DNA of 64,000 bases, taken from Lama guanicoe. Taxonomy: Eukaryota. The stretch's first letter is position 1. Every line of letters starts with the position of its first letter. Of the stretch, positions 12,300 through 26,229 are shown piece by piece. The DNA lies in the NCBI GenBank assembly GCA_013239625.1, contig MU053559.1:2958324-3022323 (forward strand), written 5' to 3'. Below the pieces are notes generated by a model, which was not told the DNA's origin, did no database searches, and worked only from the letters and a program-made list of their open reading frames with translations. A program made the position numbers and the translations under genes.

Positions 12300-14020
12300 A
12301 AATAAAATAAGATTCTGCTTCAGCTAAGGCTTCATCCTTTTCTTTTACCCTCCTTTCCATTTATAAAGAAAACCAGGATCCTAAAGTGGGTGTGCAGTGT
12401 TCTCATACATATATAAATCCACTGAAAAATGAGTAATGCCAGCTATTTATTTATCAATCCTTAAATTGATGGAAGTGAAACTTATTTCCACCTTTCCCCA
12501 CAATTGCAGTTTTGCAATAAACACACGTACATGTTTCCTTGGGCATATGTGAGAGAGTTGCTCAAGGGTGGCTGCTAATATGTGGAATCCTGAGTTGTTT
12601 GGTAGACACATAATCACCTTTGTTATGTATGGTCAATCTGCTCTCCAAATCACTCACCTGAAGGCTCCTATAGCTCCAGAGCTTCACCATTGCTCAGTGT
12701 TTTCAGACTTTTATACGTGCTAAATTTTTGCCAATCTGCTGTATTGTAAAAAGATATTTAACTCACATTTTCCTGACTGCAAGAGCAGTTGATCTTTGAA
12801 TATATTGCATATGTTTATTGCCCACTTAAGTTTCTTCTCTATGAGTTTCATGTCTAGACCTTTTGGCTATTGGCTTAATGAGTTGTCTTTTTTTTTTTTA
12901 TTGATACGGGGTGTTCTTTATGTGTTAAGATGACCAATCCCTTGTTAGATATGTGGATTTCAAAAATCTTCTCCCAGTCTGTCTTGACTTTGTTTTTAAA
13001 TATCATCATTTTTTTCCTTTTTTAAAACTTCTTTTAGTACAGAATTTCAAATATATACAAAGCTGGAGAAAATAGTGTACCCCCATGTACCTACTACCTA
13101 GCTTTAATAATTATCAACTCTTGTCCAGTCTTGTTTGATTTATACTCAGCCTGCTCCCCAGCCTCATCCCCACCCCCGACCAATTCCTCCTCCTGCCTCC
13201 TGGGTTGTTTTGAAGCAAGTCCCACATATCATTATCATTTTGTTCATAACTATTTCAGTATATACATTTAAAAGGTGAAAACTTTAAAACGAAAAATGGT
13301 GTGGAGTGATTTGTCACTTTGTTTTTGTATCTTTTTATACAGACCTCTAAAATTTTTAGTATGGCATAATATATCATTTCAGTTTTAGTTTTCACATTTA
13401 GGTCTTTAATCAACTGAGATCGTTTCTTTTGGATGGAATGAGGTCTGACTATAATGTTTAAAAAGTTTTGGCCATATTTAGCAAATTGTTCCAGCACTAT
13501 TTAATGAATAGTTCATTCTTCCAGACTTATTTATAATGTCACTTTTGTCAAATAGCCAGTTTGAAACTATACCGGGCCCTATTTCTGTGCTCTGTATTCA
13601 CCATCTCATGGCTGATGAGTTTATCTTTGCATCAGTAACAATGCTTTAAATTACTATAACTTCGTAATAGGTTTTAACATATGAAAGACAAATTTTCCCT
13701 TCTTCTCTTTAAGATTGCATTGACTGTTCTTGGTCTTCTACCTTTCTTATCAATTTTAAATTGAGATTGTCAACTTCCATGAAAGATCCTGTTGAGATTT
13801 TGATTGAAATCTCAATGAATTTATAAGTCAATATAGGAATACTTTATATCTTTATGGTGTTGAGAATTGACAAGTAAGGTGTATCGTCTTACTTACTTAT
13901 CATCTTTCATGTCTTTCATAAAAATTGTATCATTTTCCTTAATGAATGTGCTCTGAATTTTTTAGGTTTATTTCAAAGACTCTTAGCTTCTATTGCTATC
14001 TTAAATATTATCTTTTTAAA
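12300..14020 (-). mobile_element. Old L1M fragments, including an L1MC-type 3' end at ~13015-13280
   Basis: Degenerate L1 ORF2/3' antisense motifs. Confidence 0.6.
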
Positions 14021-14032
14021 AATTACATTTTA

Positions 14033-15238
14033 TCTTTTTTTATTGAAGTATAGTCAGTTACAATGTGTCAGTTTCTGGTGTACAGCACAATGTCCCCGTC
14101 ATGCATATTCATACATATATTCATTTCCATATTCATTTTCATTAAAGGTTATTACAAGATAGTGAATATAATTCCCTGTGCTATACAGTAGAAACTTGTT
14201 GTTTATCTATTTTACATATAGTAGTTAGTATCTGCAAATCTCGAACTCCCAATTTATCCCTTCCTACCCCCTTTACCCGCTGGTAACCATAAGTTTGTTT
14301 TCTATGTCTGTGGGTCTGTTTCTGTTTTGTAAATAAGTTCTTTTGTGTCATATTTTAAACATTCCACATATAAGTGATATTATGACATTTGTCTTTCTCT
14401 GTCTGACTTACTTCACTCAGTATGATAATCTCTAAATCCATCCATGATGCTGCAAATGGCATTATTTCATTCTTTTTTTATGGCTGAGTGGTATTCCTTT
14501 GCATATATATATATCACATCTTCTTTATCTAGTTATCAGTCAGTGGTCACTTAGGTTGCTTCCATAGCTTGGCCATTGTAAATAATACTGCTGTGAACAC
14601 TGGGATGCATGTATCTTTTCAAATCACTAATTTCACTTTCTCACAATATATACCCAGGAGTGGAATTGCTGGGTCATATGGTACCTCTATTTTTAGTTTT
14701 TTTGAAGAATCTCCATACTGTTTTCCTCAGTGGCTGCATCAGTTTACATTCCCACCAGCAGCGTAGGAGGGTTCCCTTTTCTCCACATCCTCACTAACAT
14801 TTGTTATTTGTGTTCTTTTTGATGACAGGAATTCCGGCAGGTGTGGGGGGATCTCTCACTGTGGCTTTGATTTACGTTTCTCTGATGATGAATGATGTCG
14901 ATCATCTTTTCATGTGCCTGTTGGCCATCTGTATGTCTTCTTTGGAAAAATGTGTATTCAAGTCTTCTGTCCATTTTTTAATTGGGTGGTTTGTTTTTTT
15001 AATGTTGAGTTGTATGAGCTGTTTACATATTTTGGATATTAATCCCTAATTGGTCATATCATTTGCAAATATTGTATCCCATTTAGTGGGTTGTTTTTCA
15101 TTTTGTCAGTGGTTTCCTTTGCTGTGCAAAAGCTTTTAAGTTTAATTAGGTCGCATTTGTTTATTTTTGCTTTTTTCCCTTTGCCTTAGGAGACAAATAA
15201 AAAAATATTAGTATGATTTACATCAAAGAGTATTCTGC
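14033..15238 (-). mobile_element. 5'-truncated L1
   Basis: tattgaagtatagtcagttacaatg 3' end, continuing through antisense ORF2 to gtattctgc. Confidence 0.9.
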
Positions 15239-15697
15239 AACCTGTGTGAGTTCTTGTTGCCTCTGACCCTGATGGACAAAACAGTTATGAGTATTTTTTC
15301 CTTATTTTAATGTGAAGAAGTTTATATGTATTAGCCATATATTTTTATTTTCTTTCCTTTGGGGTGTTAGTTATCAGGGAGCTCAGATCCTTCTCATCCA
15401 ACCTATAGTGGCCTTTATTATTGGCATAGTTGTGGTCTCCTCTTTTTTTCTCAAGTATTTTCGCCATTATTGCATGTCACTTTTTATTAACAATTCATAT
15501 ATTTTGGGGGTGGGAAGAGTTAAATAGAAATTAAATAATGATTCTAGTAGTAGTCAGCTTGTGGATAGCTCATTTATTTTCCTTTTTATATAATACAGAT
15601 TTGTAGTGGGGCTACATATTTTTTTTTCTTTGGAACATATTATACATAATGACAGTGAAACAGTGGCTGAATGGATTTTTTTTTTTTGTAAAGAGGC

Positions 15698-16210
15698 TTT
15701 ATCAGTCAAGGTTCAGTCAGAGAAGCAGAACCAGCAGGAATGAATATATTTACATGTATGGATTTGTTACAGGGATTTAACTTTATGCAATCATAGGAGC
15801 CGATAAAATAAACTCTGTAAGGTTGTTGTCTTCACATCTCTTGCTGGAAATAAAGTCCACAGGGCAAGCAGTCAGGAAGGGAAGATGGATGAAAACCAGG
15901 GGAGAGCAAGAACAAGTCAGAACCACAAACACAAGCTGGCGCCCATGAGGACAGAATGAAACCCATGTTAGTTCTTCTTGCCACTAACCTTGATGGAGCA
16001 CTTGCTGCCACTGCCTCACACCAGCAAGGTGGGCCAGAAGGAAAGTGACAACGTGTGTGAATTACAAAAGAGCTGCCGTTTCACGTCTGCCCTGCGAATC
16101 TCACACAAAAACCCCTCTCATGGGTTGTTCTAACTGGAAACCTCCCGGAAGGGGAATACTGGGAAATGCAATTCAGCTTCACCAAGTCGACACATCACAA
16201 GCCCACCATA
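15698..16210 (-). mobile_element. ERVL-type LTR (MLT2/LTR52-like)
   Basis: atcagtcaaggttcagtcagagaagcagaacca...ggatttgttacagggattt motifs. Confidence 0.6.
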
Positions 16211-17095
16211 AATCCTTTGTTTGTTTGTTTTAAATCAGCTTTGTTGGGGTGCAATTTACAATAACATATACCCAATTTAAACGTACAATTTGATGAGTTT
16301 TGACAATTGTTGCTGATTACATCCATGTAGCCGGTAACCACCAGCACAATCAGGATAGAGAATATTTCCATCCTTCCCAACACTTCCCTTGTGCCTCTTT
16401 GTAGTTAATCCACATCTCACCCTCAGGCTCCGGGCAACCATTGATCTGTTTTCTGTCAATATAGATTAGACTTGACAGTTCTAGAATTTTATGTTAATAG
16501 AATCATACAGAATGGTACTGTCTTGTGTCTGGTTATTTTTACTCAGCCTAAGAATTTTGAGATTCACGTATGCTATTGTATGTATCAGTAGTTCATTCTT
16601 TTTATTACTGAGTAGTATTTCATGGCATGGATATATCATAATTCATTTATCTATTTCCCTGTTAATGGACATTTGAGTTGTTTATACTATTTGGCTATTA
16701 TGAATAGAGTCACTGCATACACTCACGTAAAAGGCATTGTAGGGGAGTATTCCTTCTCTTATATAAACGCCTAGGAGTAGATTTCCTGGTCTATTTTAAT
16801 ATTCTGCCCATTTTTACATGTGGTTTGTTTTTCTTCTTACAATTGAGTTGTAAGAGTTCTCTATGTGTTCTGGATAAAAGTCCTTTGTCAGATATATGAA
16901 TTGTGAATGTTTTTCCCTAGTTTGTGTCTTGCTTTTTTATTTTTTGGAAGATGTGTTTCAATAGCAGAAGTTTTAAATTTTGATTAAGTGTAATTTATCA
17001 ATGTTTAATTTTTTGGCTAGTGCTTTTGTGTCCTAAGACATCTTTCCTACCCCAAGGTACACAAATGTTCTCTTACGTTCTCTTCTGTAAGTTTT

Positions 17096-17292
17096 TTTCA
17101 CTTTTTAGAATATATATTTTTATTGAAATATAATCAATTTACTGTTGTGTCAATTTCTGGTGTATAGCACAATACGTCAGTCATATATGAACATACATAT
17201 ATTCATTTTCATATTCTTTTTAACCATAAGCTACTACAAGATCTTGTATAGAGTTCCTTGTGCTGTACAGTATAAACTTGTTGTTTATCTAT
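17096..17292 (-). mobile_element. Young L1 3' end
   Basis: Perfect 15-bp TSD tcttctgtaagtttt (17081-17095; 17293-17307). Confidence 0.9.
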
Positions 17293-18117
17293 TCTTCTGT
17301 AAGTTTTATAGTTTAACTTTCACATTTAGATCCATCATCCATTGAATTCTTATATATGTGGTGAGCACTGAGGTCCGTTTTTCAAAATACGGATACCCAG
17401 TTGTTCCAGGATTACTTTGTCACCTTTTCCAAAAATCAATTGATCATATATGTGTAGGTCTATTTCTGGACTCTCTATTCTGCTTCATTCATCTATATGT
17501 CTGTCCTCAGGCCAATGTCACACTGTTTTCATGACTGTAGCTTTGTCGTAAGTCCTGTAAGACCTCCAAGTTTGTTCTTCTTTTTCAGAATTGTTTTGGA
17601 TACTCCTGGTCCTTTTGCATTTTCAGATAAATTTTATAATCATTTATCAGTTCCTAATAAAGAGCCTGCTAGAATTTTAATCGAGAATACATTGAATGAC
17701 TAGGTAAATTTGGGGAGAATTTACATCTTAACAGTATTGAATGTTTCAAACTATAACCATTTTATCTCTTTCCATTTATTTATCTCTTCTTTAATTTGTC
17801 ACAACCATGTTTTATCATTTTCAGTGTACAAGTTTTGCACATTTTGTTAAATTTATCCTTACATATTTCATTTCCTTGTTGCTATTTGTAAATTGTATTT
17901 TTTATCATTTTAATTTCCAGTTGTTTATTGATAGTCAGTGATCTCTATTCTTATCATTTCTTTTCTTCATTTCTTTGGATTTACTTTGCTCTTCTTTTTC
18001 CAGCTTCTTATGCTGGAAACCTAGATAATTGACTTTGAACCCTTCTCTTTTCTAAAATTAACAATTATAGTTATAAATTTTTCTCTAAGCAATGATTTAA
18101 CAGCATCCCACAAATTT

Positions 18118-18338
18118 CTTTCTTTTTTTTTTGTTTATTGAAGTATAGTTGATTTACAGTATTATATTATCTTCCAGTATATAGCATAGTGATTCAATAT
18201 TTTTATAGACTATACTCCATTTAAAGTTATTTTTTATATTTCCACATTTAAGTGATTACACAGTATTTGTCTTTCTCTCTCTGACTTGTTTCACTAAGCA
18301 TATTGTTCTCTAGGTCCATCAATGTTGTTGCAAATGGC
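18118..18338 (-). mobile_element. L1 3' end with internal deletion
   Basis: Perfect 17-bp TSD cagcatcccacaaattt (18101-18117; 18339-18355). Confidence 0.9.
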
Positions 18339-20064
18339 CAGCATCCCACAAATTTGATATTTTTACTTTTATTCATTTTGAATTTTTAAAAATTTCTTCT
18401 TTGACCCCTGGATTTCTTAAAAGTATGTTGTTTAATATCCAAATATTTGGGAAATTTTTCAGTTAATCTTTCTATTACTGATTTCTCATTTTATTCTTGT
18501 GGTTGGTGGGCACACACTGTATGATTCCAATCCGTTTACACTTGTTGGCACTTTTATGGCATAGCATATAATCTGTCTTGGTGACTCTTCCATATGCACT
18601 TGAAAAGAATGTGTTCTCTTGTTGGGTAGAGTGTTCTATAAATGCCAATTATGTCAACCTGGTTGATGGCATTTAAATCTTCTATATCCTTACATCCTTA
18701 CTGATTTTCTTTCTACTTGATCTATTAATTATTGAGACAGGAGTATTCAAATCTTGAATAATAACTGTAGATTTGTCTATTTCTCCTTAAAGTTTCCTCA
18801 GGTTTTGCTTCATCTCTATTTGAAACTCTGATGTTTGGTGCATATGCATTTAGGACGTATGTCTTCTTGATGAATTGACCCCTTTATCATTATGAAATGT
18901 CCCCCTTCATCTCTGATAGCATTTTTTTTTGGTGGGGGGGACTTCATTTTCAGCAAATATCTGTATTACACTCAGCATGTCTGAAAATGTCTTGATTAAA
19001 TGATGGTTTAGTTGGATATTGAATTCTAACCTTATAGCTATCATCTCTAAGCCCTATGAAGACGTCATTCCATTATCTTCTAGACTGCAATGTTGCTGTT
19101 GCAATATCTCTTCTCAGTTTAATTGCTGTTGTTGTTTTTAAGGTACTCTGTTATTTCTCACTGATGGCTTTTAAAGAGCTTCTATTTAACTTTGGTATTT
19201 TGATATTTCTTTACAATGTGTCTGGGTTGGGTTTTAGTTATTTTTCCTGTTTGGCGTGGATGTATTTCTTAAAACTGAGATTTATGACCTTAATGAATAC
19301 AGAAAAAAAATGGTCAGCTGTTATGTCTTAAAATATTGATTCTCTGTCACCCTCCTGTCCCCACAATCTTTCTATTTTCTCCTTGGGGAGTTCCTTTTGG
19401 AGACATATTTGACTATCTAATTCTATCCTTGATATCTCATAACCTCTTTTTCATATACTCCATAATTCATATATTCCATCTTTTTATCTTGCTATGTTGA
19501 ATTTTGAGTAAATTCTTCAGATATATTCTCCAGAGAGCTTAGTAATTCTCTTCAGCAGTGTTAAACCTAATTTAAAAGTCCATTGAGTTGTAAATTTCAA
19601 TAATTATGTCTTTAATTTCTAGGAGACTAGTTTGGTTCAAAATCTGCTTGCTATGTTTTAAATAGTGACTTGTTCTTATGGATTACACTGCTTGCTTTAT
19701 GTCTTTAATCATTTTAAACTTACTTAGTTTATCCTCTGCATTAAGTTATTAAATTACCTGAAGTATTTTTGGGATATTGGTCTGCTGTTTATGTGCCCAC
19801 TTTTACTCATAGTGGAATCTTTCTCTCTTATATTTTACAATTTGAAGTTTAAACTCCATGTTAGTGGAGCTTTATCTATGCAATCCTGATCATCTCAGAC
19901 TTGTGATGTAGGCCTCCAAAGCATTTTTGCATTTGTTTCTCCCAGGCAATAGAGACTGGGAAGAATTTTTGTGTTAACATTTCATTTTAGGCATTCCTGG
20001 GCCCTGATGAAGCACGTGGTTATATATTTTTCAGGAGAGGCATTTTTTTTCTACTCAGAGGCCA

Positions 20065-20120
20065 AGGAAAGGAAGGAAGTAAGGGAGGAAGGAAAGAAAG
20101 AAGGAAGGAAGGGGAGGAAG
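20065..20120. repeat. (GGAA)n-like purine repeat
   Basis: Seen directly in the sequence. Confidence 0.8.
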
Positions 20121-20909
20121 ACTCTTCTTGTCCGTTTGTGCCAGCAGGTGTGTTTTTTTCCTTTCCCACCATTTACTAATGGTTCATCCCTTCAAGGACC
20201 TGGATTTGTGTAGGACCTGACAAGTGCAATTCCTTGCCTCAAGCAAGTCAAAGGAATTCATTATGCAGCTAAACTATCATTCAGCCAAGAGCATTAAGTG
20301 AAAACATTTAGAGGCAAAGACAAACAAATTGACCACTAACAAATCATTTCTGAGAAAAGAAGCAAAGGATTTTCGTGAGGAAGAAAGAAACTTGAACAAA
20401 GAAACAAGAATTCTGACGGAAAGCATGTGAACAAAAATTGATAAAAGTGTAAGAAAGCTAAATAAGAAATTGGTACATATTCTTAATGATAATTAATTAA
20501 GGGGGTATTAAAACATAATGGAACTAAAATACAGGACCATAATAGCATGTAAAATGGAGGAGACTATATCAAGTATGATTAGAACGTAGCAGAAAACACA
20601 ATCAGAATTGTTTTAAACCGTTCAGAAAATGGTGCTCCTCAATACCATCCAGCACCCAGATCTTTCATCTTCTATCAGGCCTTCTTCTCTTATGCTCGTG
20701 TTGATGTTAAAACCCAACCCAATGTCCAGATCATGTCTGTCTTTAGATCTCTCTTTTTTCCATCCATCTGAGGATTTCCGTTTCTCATCTGGAAGCACTT
20801 TCTTCTATGCACGTATATATATTTTTTCTCCCTAAATTGGAATCATGCTGCACATACCATTTTGTTATCTATCTTTTAAAAAATATTCATCATTAAAATA
20901 TTTGGCATT

Positions 20910-21053
20910 AAACATAAGAAAGCCTTTGATTTCATTTTTCAAATGGCTGATTTGGAATTATGAAAAGAATCCTTAAAAAACTTTGACTCAAACTCCAGTT
21001 TAATGTAATTTATTCTCATCTGTTCACTCAAAAATAAGGGAAGAAATATCCAC
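20910..21053 (-). pseudogene. Exon remnant: RGS helices 6-9
   Basis: Strong acceptor ctctaccttctgtag| then VDISSLIFE*TDENK...VKVF*...HLKNEIKGFL (cf. VNIDS...F...FL). 3' boundary uncertain. Confidence 0.45.
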
Positions 21054-21139
21054 CTACAGAAGGTAGAGGGTTAAGAGAATAAACAAGTTGGTAAATGCTC
21101 ACACACGTAGGGAAGAAATAGAGATCAAGAAAATCTGTT

Positions 21140-21500
21140 TTCTCTAAGACAGCTTAGTAGTCTTCTCCACTCTAGAGATTAGGATTCTGATGTTCGTGTT
21201 TTTGTGTCTTTATTATAATTTGTTTTATCTTTGGAGTTTTTTCTTTTCAGGGTTGCACAATAAGGTTCAGGAGGAGTGGCTCTTATTTAATAACTCTGAA
21301 ACACTTTGTTTATTGTTGGGTTCTTTCCATGTAATGTTGCAACTAAAGACCTGTCTGGGAAAGATGTTAGGAACTTGCTGTGGACCTAAGTTTGCTGGGG
21401 AGGGTGGCAGCTGCAGTGGCTCTCTGTTCCAGAGGAGTCACTTGGGTCATCAGATGCCATGGAAAAAGCCCAGCCTTTCTGAGCATATTTCCATTGTGAA
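21140..21500 (-). pseudogene. Exon remnant: end of one RGS domain and start of another
   Basis: HSKFLTS (cf. YPRFLxS), then in another frame TLLCNPEKKKLQR*...NIRILISRVEKT (cf. LLxDP...NLxFWLxVExF). Boundaries uncertain. Confidence 0.4.
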
Positions 21501-21549
21501 AAGAATGGCTTTTAAAGTATAAAATTTCTTTTTAAACAATCCTGATTTC

Positions 21550-22010
21550 TAACAGCCAAAAGATGGAAGCCAAAAGGTGGAAGCAGTATTGACAGAGAAA
21601 TGGGTAAATCAATGTGTGGTATATACAGACAATGGAGTATTACTCAGTCTTTAAAAGTAAGGGAATTTTGACGCATGCTACAACGTGGTTGAACCTTGAG
21701 AACATTATGTTAGGTGAAGGGAGCTAGTCACGAAAGAACAAATATGGTGTGAGTACAAACACGGTACCACTTACATGAGATACTTAGAGTAGTCAGATTC
21801 ATAGACAGAAAGTAGAATGGTGATTGCCAGGGGCTGGGGGAATGGAGATGTGGAGGGAGTTGTTGTTTTATGGGTACAGAGTTTCAGATTTACAAGATGC
21901 AAATTTCTCCAAGCACACAAATATGGATACACTTAACACTACTGAACTGTACACTTAAAAATGGTTACGATGACCAATTTTCTATTAGGTGTATTTTACC
22001 ACAATTAAAC
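21550..22010 (+). mobile_element. L1MB-type 3' end
   Basis: catgctacaacgtggttgaaccttgag...gaactgtacacttaaaaatggtt. Confidence 0.85.
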
Positions 22011-22464
22011 ATTTTTTGATTTCTATTTTGAATAGATGACACGAACATGTGGCACCAAAATCAGAAGGTCCAAAAGGTTGTAAGTGTTTTCACTATGTGC
22101 TTTGCTTGTTTCCCGGTCTTCTTACCTATCCCTGAACCCCCCAGCCTATCTCCTCTTGGGCATCAGTTGATACCACTTTCTTTTGTGTCCTTCATAGGTA
22201 TTCTCTGATTCATTCTTTTGAATAGCTGCATGGTATTTTATCATACATATGCAGTATATTTTGACCATTCTGCTGATAGTGGTCATTTAGTTATTTTTAG
22301 CTTGACATTTCTTTGAGGTCTCATCTTCTAATAAAAATGTGCACTCCATTATGCATTTATTTTATTTATTATTTTTATTTTTACTCAATTTGATAGGCAG
22401 TACATTCACAGGGTTCAAAAATCGCAAAGCATAAAGGGGTACACATTAAAACATCTCCCTGTTA

Positions 22465-23031
22465 TTGCTGTCTCCCAGATCAGCACATTTTCTTCCAGTC
22501 TGGTCATTACCTGCTTCTTCACAAATCCATTCATTGCCTTTGTCTGCTAGAAACTACATTTCCCAGACTCCTTTGCCTAGTGGCTTGTGGGTAGCTTCAG
22601 GCAATGGGAAGAGGGGCACTGGTAAAGACTGGAGGGTGGGAGGAGGGCAGGGCCAACGTGTTTCTTTCTCTCCCCTCAGGGTTGAGTAGGGCTTCCTGCA
22701 GTTGCTGCAACTTCTCTTCAGCTTTAGCTCCCACACTGTGGTTAGAAGGTGAGTCAGCCTCCCTGTCTGTGGTCCCAGGTCCTTCCGGGCAGCCCCTACC
22801 ACTGTTCTTCTACTGCTGCGTTGGCCCAGCTTCTCAGATCTGGTACCACCACTTCCTCCCTGTATCTCTTCAGCTCTAAGAATAGTAGTCATTTCTTGCT
22901 ATGAGTAACTTCTAGGTTACCTCATAGTCTCCTATTTGGCATCTTAATTCTTCTATTACCTGCGTAACCTGTATTAAATTCCCTCTGAATGAAATCCCTA
23001 GAGTGGTTTCCCTGGCTGGACTCTGACTGAC
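22465..23031 (+). mobile_element. LTR33-like ERVL LTR
   Basis: actacatttcccagactccttt...attaaattccctctg...ctagagtggtttc...ctgactgaca. Confidence 0.7.
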
Positions 23032-24190
23032 AATCATCCATCCCTAGAGACAGACAATATTATCAGTTCCTTGCGTATGTCCTTCCAGAGATATTTAATG
23101 CACATACAAGCAAATTATATCTATTCTCTCCCTCCCTTTTTTTTGTTTGCAAATGATAAAATGCTATACGTACTATTCTGCACTTTGCTTTTTTTCACTT
23201 AGCAATAATCCCAGAATTTGTTCTAAATAAGATTCCAAAGATCTTTCTCATTCCTTTTAATTCATCACATGAATCTACTATAATTAAATAAATTTTTGGA
23301 ACACAGCCATGCCCATTTGCCTATGTATTGTCTATTACTGCTTTCACACTAATCCCATATTAAAGAATATTTAGGTTATTTATGATTTCCTGCTATTACA
23401 AATAATTCTGCCATGAATAACCTGGAATTATGCCATATCATGAACTGGGGTTAAAATTTTGAGAACTGGAATTGCTGGGCCAGTGGGTATGTGTGTTTGA
23501 GAACTTTTTGAGCATAAAGTTTCAAAAATATATTCTTGCTAGGCATGGAAGCAGAACTTTAAGGGATCAAGGGAAACAGGATGTTAAATTTCATCTTTTG
23601 GTTGTACTTTGCATATGAAAATAATTTCTCATAACACAACACAATTTCATGTATCAAATATTCTTTTAAAATTAGGGATTAAGAAAAGTGTACAACTAAG
23701 TGAAGGCAAAAGGGCAGACCTCTATAATTACATTGAGTTTTTCCAGAAAGTTCAAGTACTAGTAGGTTAACAGAGTTTAAGCGCTCGGTTGGGTTCTCTT
23801 GACTGAATTGGTACAGTGATTATTCACTGAGGATGACCAATTTGCCTATTGAATGATTTTTTATGAAATCGCTGAGCATAGAAAACCTACTGCAAGTCTC
23901 TCCCGTGGGGACAGTGTGAGGTTTCCCTGGAGAGAATGAGTCAGCGAAGTCTTGAGGACAGGTTCTCAAAGTGCTAAGGGCACAAATTGGTTTGACTTAA
24001 AAGCATCATGTAGATTTGGACCTTAAACTTCTATTACTGAAAGCTTTACATTTTCTTGCCTCTTCAGGGATTTGTATGGACTGGCCCAGGAACTGCCTAT
24101 TTCTGCCAGTTAAATGTCAACGCTGGGGTCAGTGTAATTTCTGGTGACAAAATTAAGTATGAAAAAAGTGCCATTACTGAATATTACCCC

Positions 24191-24420
24191 CAGGGCCACA
24201 GTTGCAAAATTTTTTCTGTAAAGGGCCAGACAAAATATATTTTCGGTGTTACAGACCATGCATGCAGTCTCTGTTGCAACTACTCAGCTCTGCTGTTTTC
24301 ATGCCAAAGCAGCCATCGATAACACAGAAATGATCAAACATGGCTGTGCACCAATAAAACTTTATCTCCAAAAAGGTCTGGTGGCAGGATTTTGCCAGAG
24401 GGCTGTAGTCTGCCCACCTG
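24191..24420 (+). mobile_element. MER58A (hAT MITE)
   Basis: ttttctgtaaagggccaga...gcaactactcagctctgc...ccaataaaactttat. Confidence 0.85.
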
Positions 24421-24448
24421 TGCCCTAGAGTAAAATCAAAGTTTTTAC

Positions 24449-24675
24449 CATGCACCAGCACCTTTAGCTGTGGGCTCCTTGGTGCTCTGACTCTCCTGAC
24501 CTGAGCCGAGCTCTCCCATGGGATAGCTGTGATGTCTGAAATGGTTTTCCCTGGTGACAACCCGGAAATGCTCTCTCCTTAGCTCAGAAGTGTTATGGAT
24601 GAGAGTTAAGTGCACAGGAGATGTTGATACAATGTCCTTCAATGAATTTGGGGATCCGTGGAGAGAATGTCATTC
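24449..24675 (-). pseudogene. Exon remnant: RGS helices 1-5
   Basis: Acceptor ctctctaatgctctgtcag|, donor TG|gtaaaa. SLKDIVSTSPVHLTL, then after a frameshift LLS*GESISGLSPGKTISDITAIPWESSAQVRRVRA. Confidence 0.6.
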
Positions 24676-24744
24676 CTGACAGAGCATTAGAGAGCAAGAG
24701 AACAAGGGTAACAAAACCAGAGACCCTTGATGTCATTGGTCCCC

Positions 24745-25302
24745 AAGGCAGATTGGTTGCAATCATGGCTGCCACCAATCCCTCCCATCCTCACCTGTGC
24801 CTGCCGCACCTCCCATCAGGAAGTGAGGTCTATTTCCCTCCCCCTGAAAATGGGCTGACCTTGGGAGGACTTTGGCCAATAGAACACAGCAGAAGTAATA
24901 CGGTGCCAATTCCAAGGCCAAGCCTTAAGACACTTGGCAGCTTCAGTTTTCACTCTCTTGGAAACCAGCTGTTATGTCCAGAAACTTGGACTAGACTTCT
25001 GAAGGATGAGGGACCACCTGGAGAGAGAGAGAGACAGAGGTCAGATGGAGAAGAACTCAAGTGTCCGGTCACTCCTGCCACCCAGGCTGAGGCACCAGAC
25101 TTGTGAGTGAGGCCATCTTCGATGTTCCAGCTCCAGCCCAGCTCCAAGCACAATGTAGCCACGTGATCCACCCCAGATGACATCGCAGGGAGCAAAGACG
25201 TGCTATCTCTGCCCATCTCCAGGCAAATTACAGAACTGTGAGCAAATGAATAGTTGTTTTAAGTCACTACTTTGGGGGGTGGTTTGTTATGGGGCAGTAG
25301 TT
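24745..25302 (+). mobile_element. MLT1G/H-like MaLR LTR
   Basis: ggtctatttccctccccctgaa...ttttaagtcactactttgggg...tttgttat. Confidence 0.75.
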
Positions 25303-25509
25303 CTCTTGAGCCCATGACCCAACCACAGGGGATCCACATTGGGGAACTTCTGGCCTGAGGCTCTCCTGACTCATAACTTTCTGTCCTTTACAACATCCAT
25401 AATTAGCAACTCCTTAATCTGGCCTTCAACGCTCTCCATGGCCTGGCTTTTACTTACTTCTCCATCACTCTCTCTGCCTACTCCACTGTAGGAAACTTTC
25501 CTTCTAGAG

Positions 25510-25720
25510 AGCAGTACAGCATAGCTATTAGGAGCACTGTCTCTGGAGACAGACTGCCCCTTATGAGCTGTGTGACCTTGGTCACGTTGCTTAACCTATC
25601 TGTGCTTAGTTTCTTCATATGAAACAGGAGTAAAAATAATCCCTACTTCGTGTGGGAGGAGGGTGGTGAACATTACTCTGTTAATACATGCAAAGCACTT
25701 AGAACATGCCTGGCACTGTG
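25510..25720 (+). mobile_element. MIR
   Basis: agctgtgtgaccttgg...aagcacttagaaca. Confidence 0.75.
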
Positions 25721-26229
25721 CTGTATGTGATTTTGGTAGCCTATGCTAGTTTATTCCCTCCTGCCAAGGTGGTCCTCTCTGCTCCTCTTTCTTTTTCTCT
25801 TTTCTTCTTTCCTTCTCTCTCTACTCCTGTGGAGCCCCGCCTTCTACATGGAGCCCCCTGATACAATAGCTCTCACTCACCTAGGCCTTCCTTCTCCAAT
25901 TTCTTGTCTGGGATGCTCATTTGACATTGAGACTCTGAGATGCTATGGTCTCTGATCTTTCTGGGCATCCCATTCTGCCTCTTGAAGGCAGGGATTATTG
26001 TATAAAGATACACAGTTGCATTGCTGCCCCTGCCGTGTATGTAAATTTTGCTTGAAGTGGACACTTGCGTGAAAGATTGAGGTGGACTAAAGCCACTGGC
26101 AGTGCTTCAGGATTAGCACAACTTGAGCTGATCTTGGAGGCGAAATGGGGGTGAGTTGTTCTTTTGATGCACATGATACAGACCTTATGCCTGCGGGCTC
26201 TGCAGCCAGCCACCGTGTCCAGGTCCTTG

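Larger units (their letters stand above)
16232..19990 (-). mobile_element. Long old L1M (3' end through ORF2/ORF1 fragments)
   Basis: cagctttgttggggtgcaatttaca 3' end, then colinear antisense ORF2 motifs. Confidence 0.75.

Noticed and set aside
24621..25106. 161-aa ORF
   Set aside because: Mostly MLT1 LTR sequence with no recognisable domain.
25995..26213. Possible additional exon of the RGS-like pseudogene
   Set aside because: Position fits, but splice sites are weak and I found no RGS motif.
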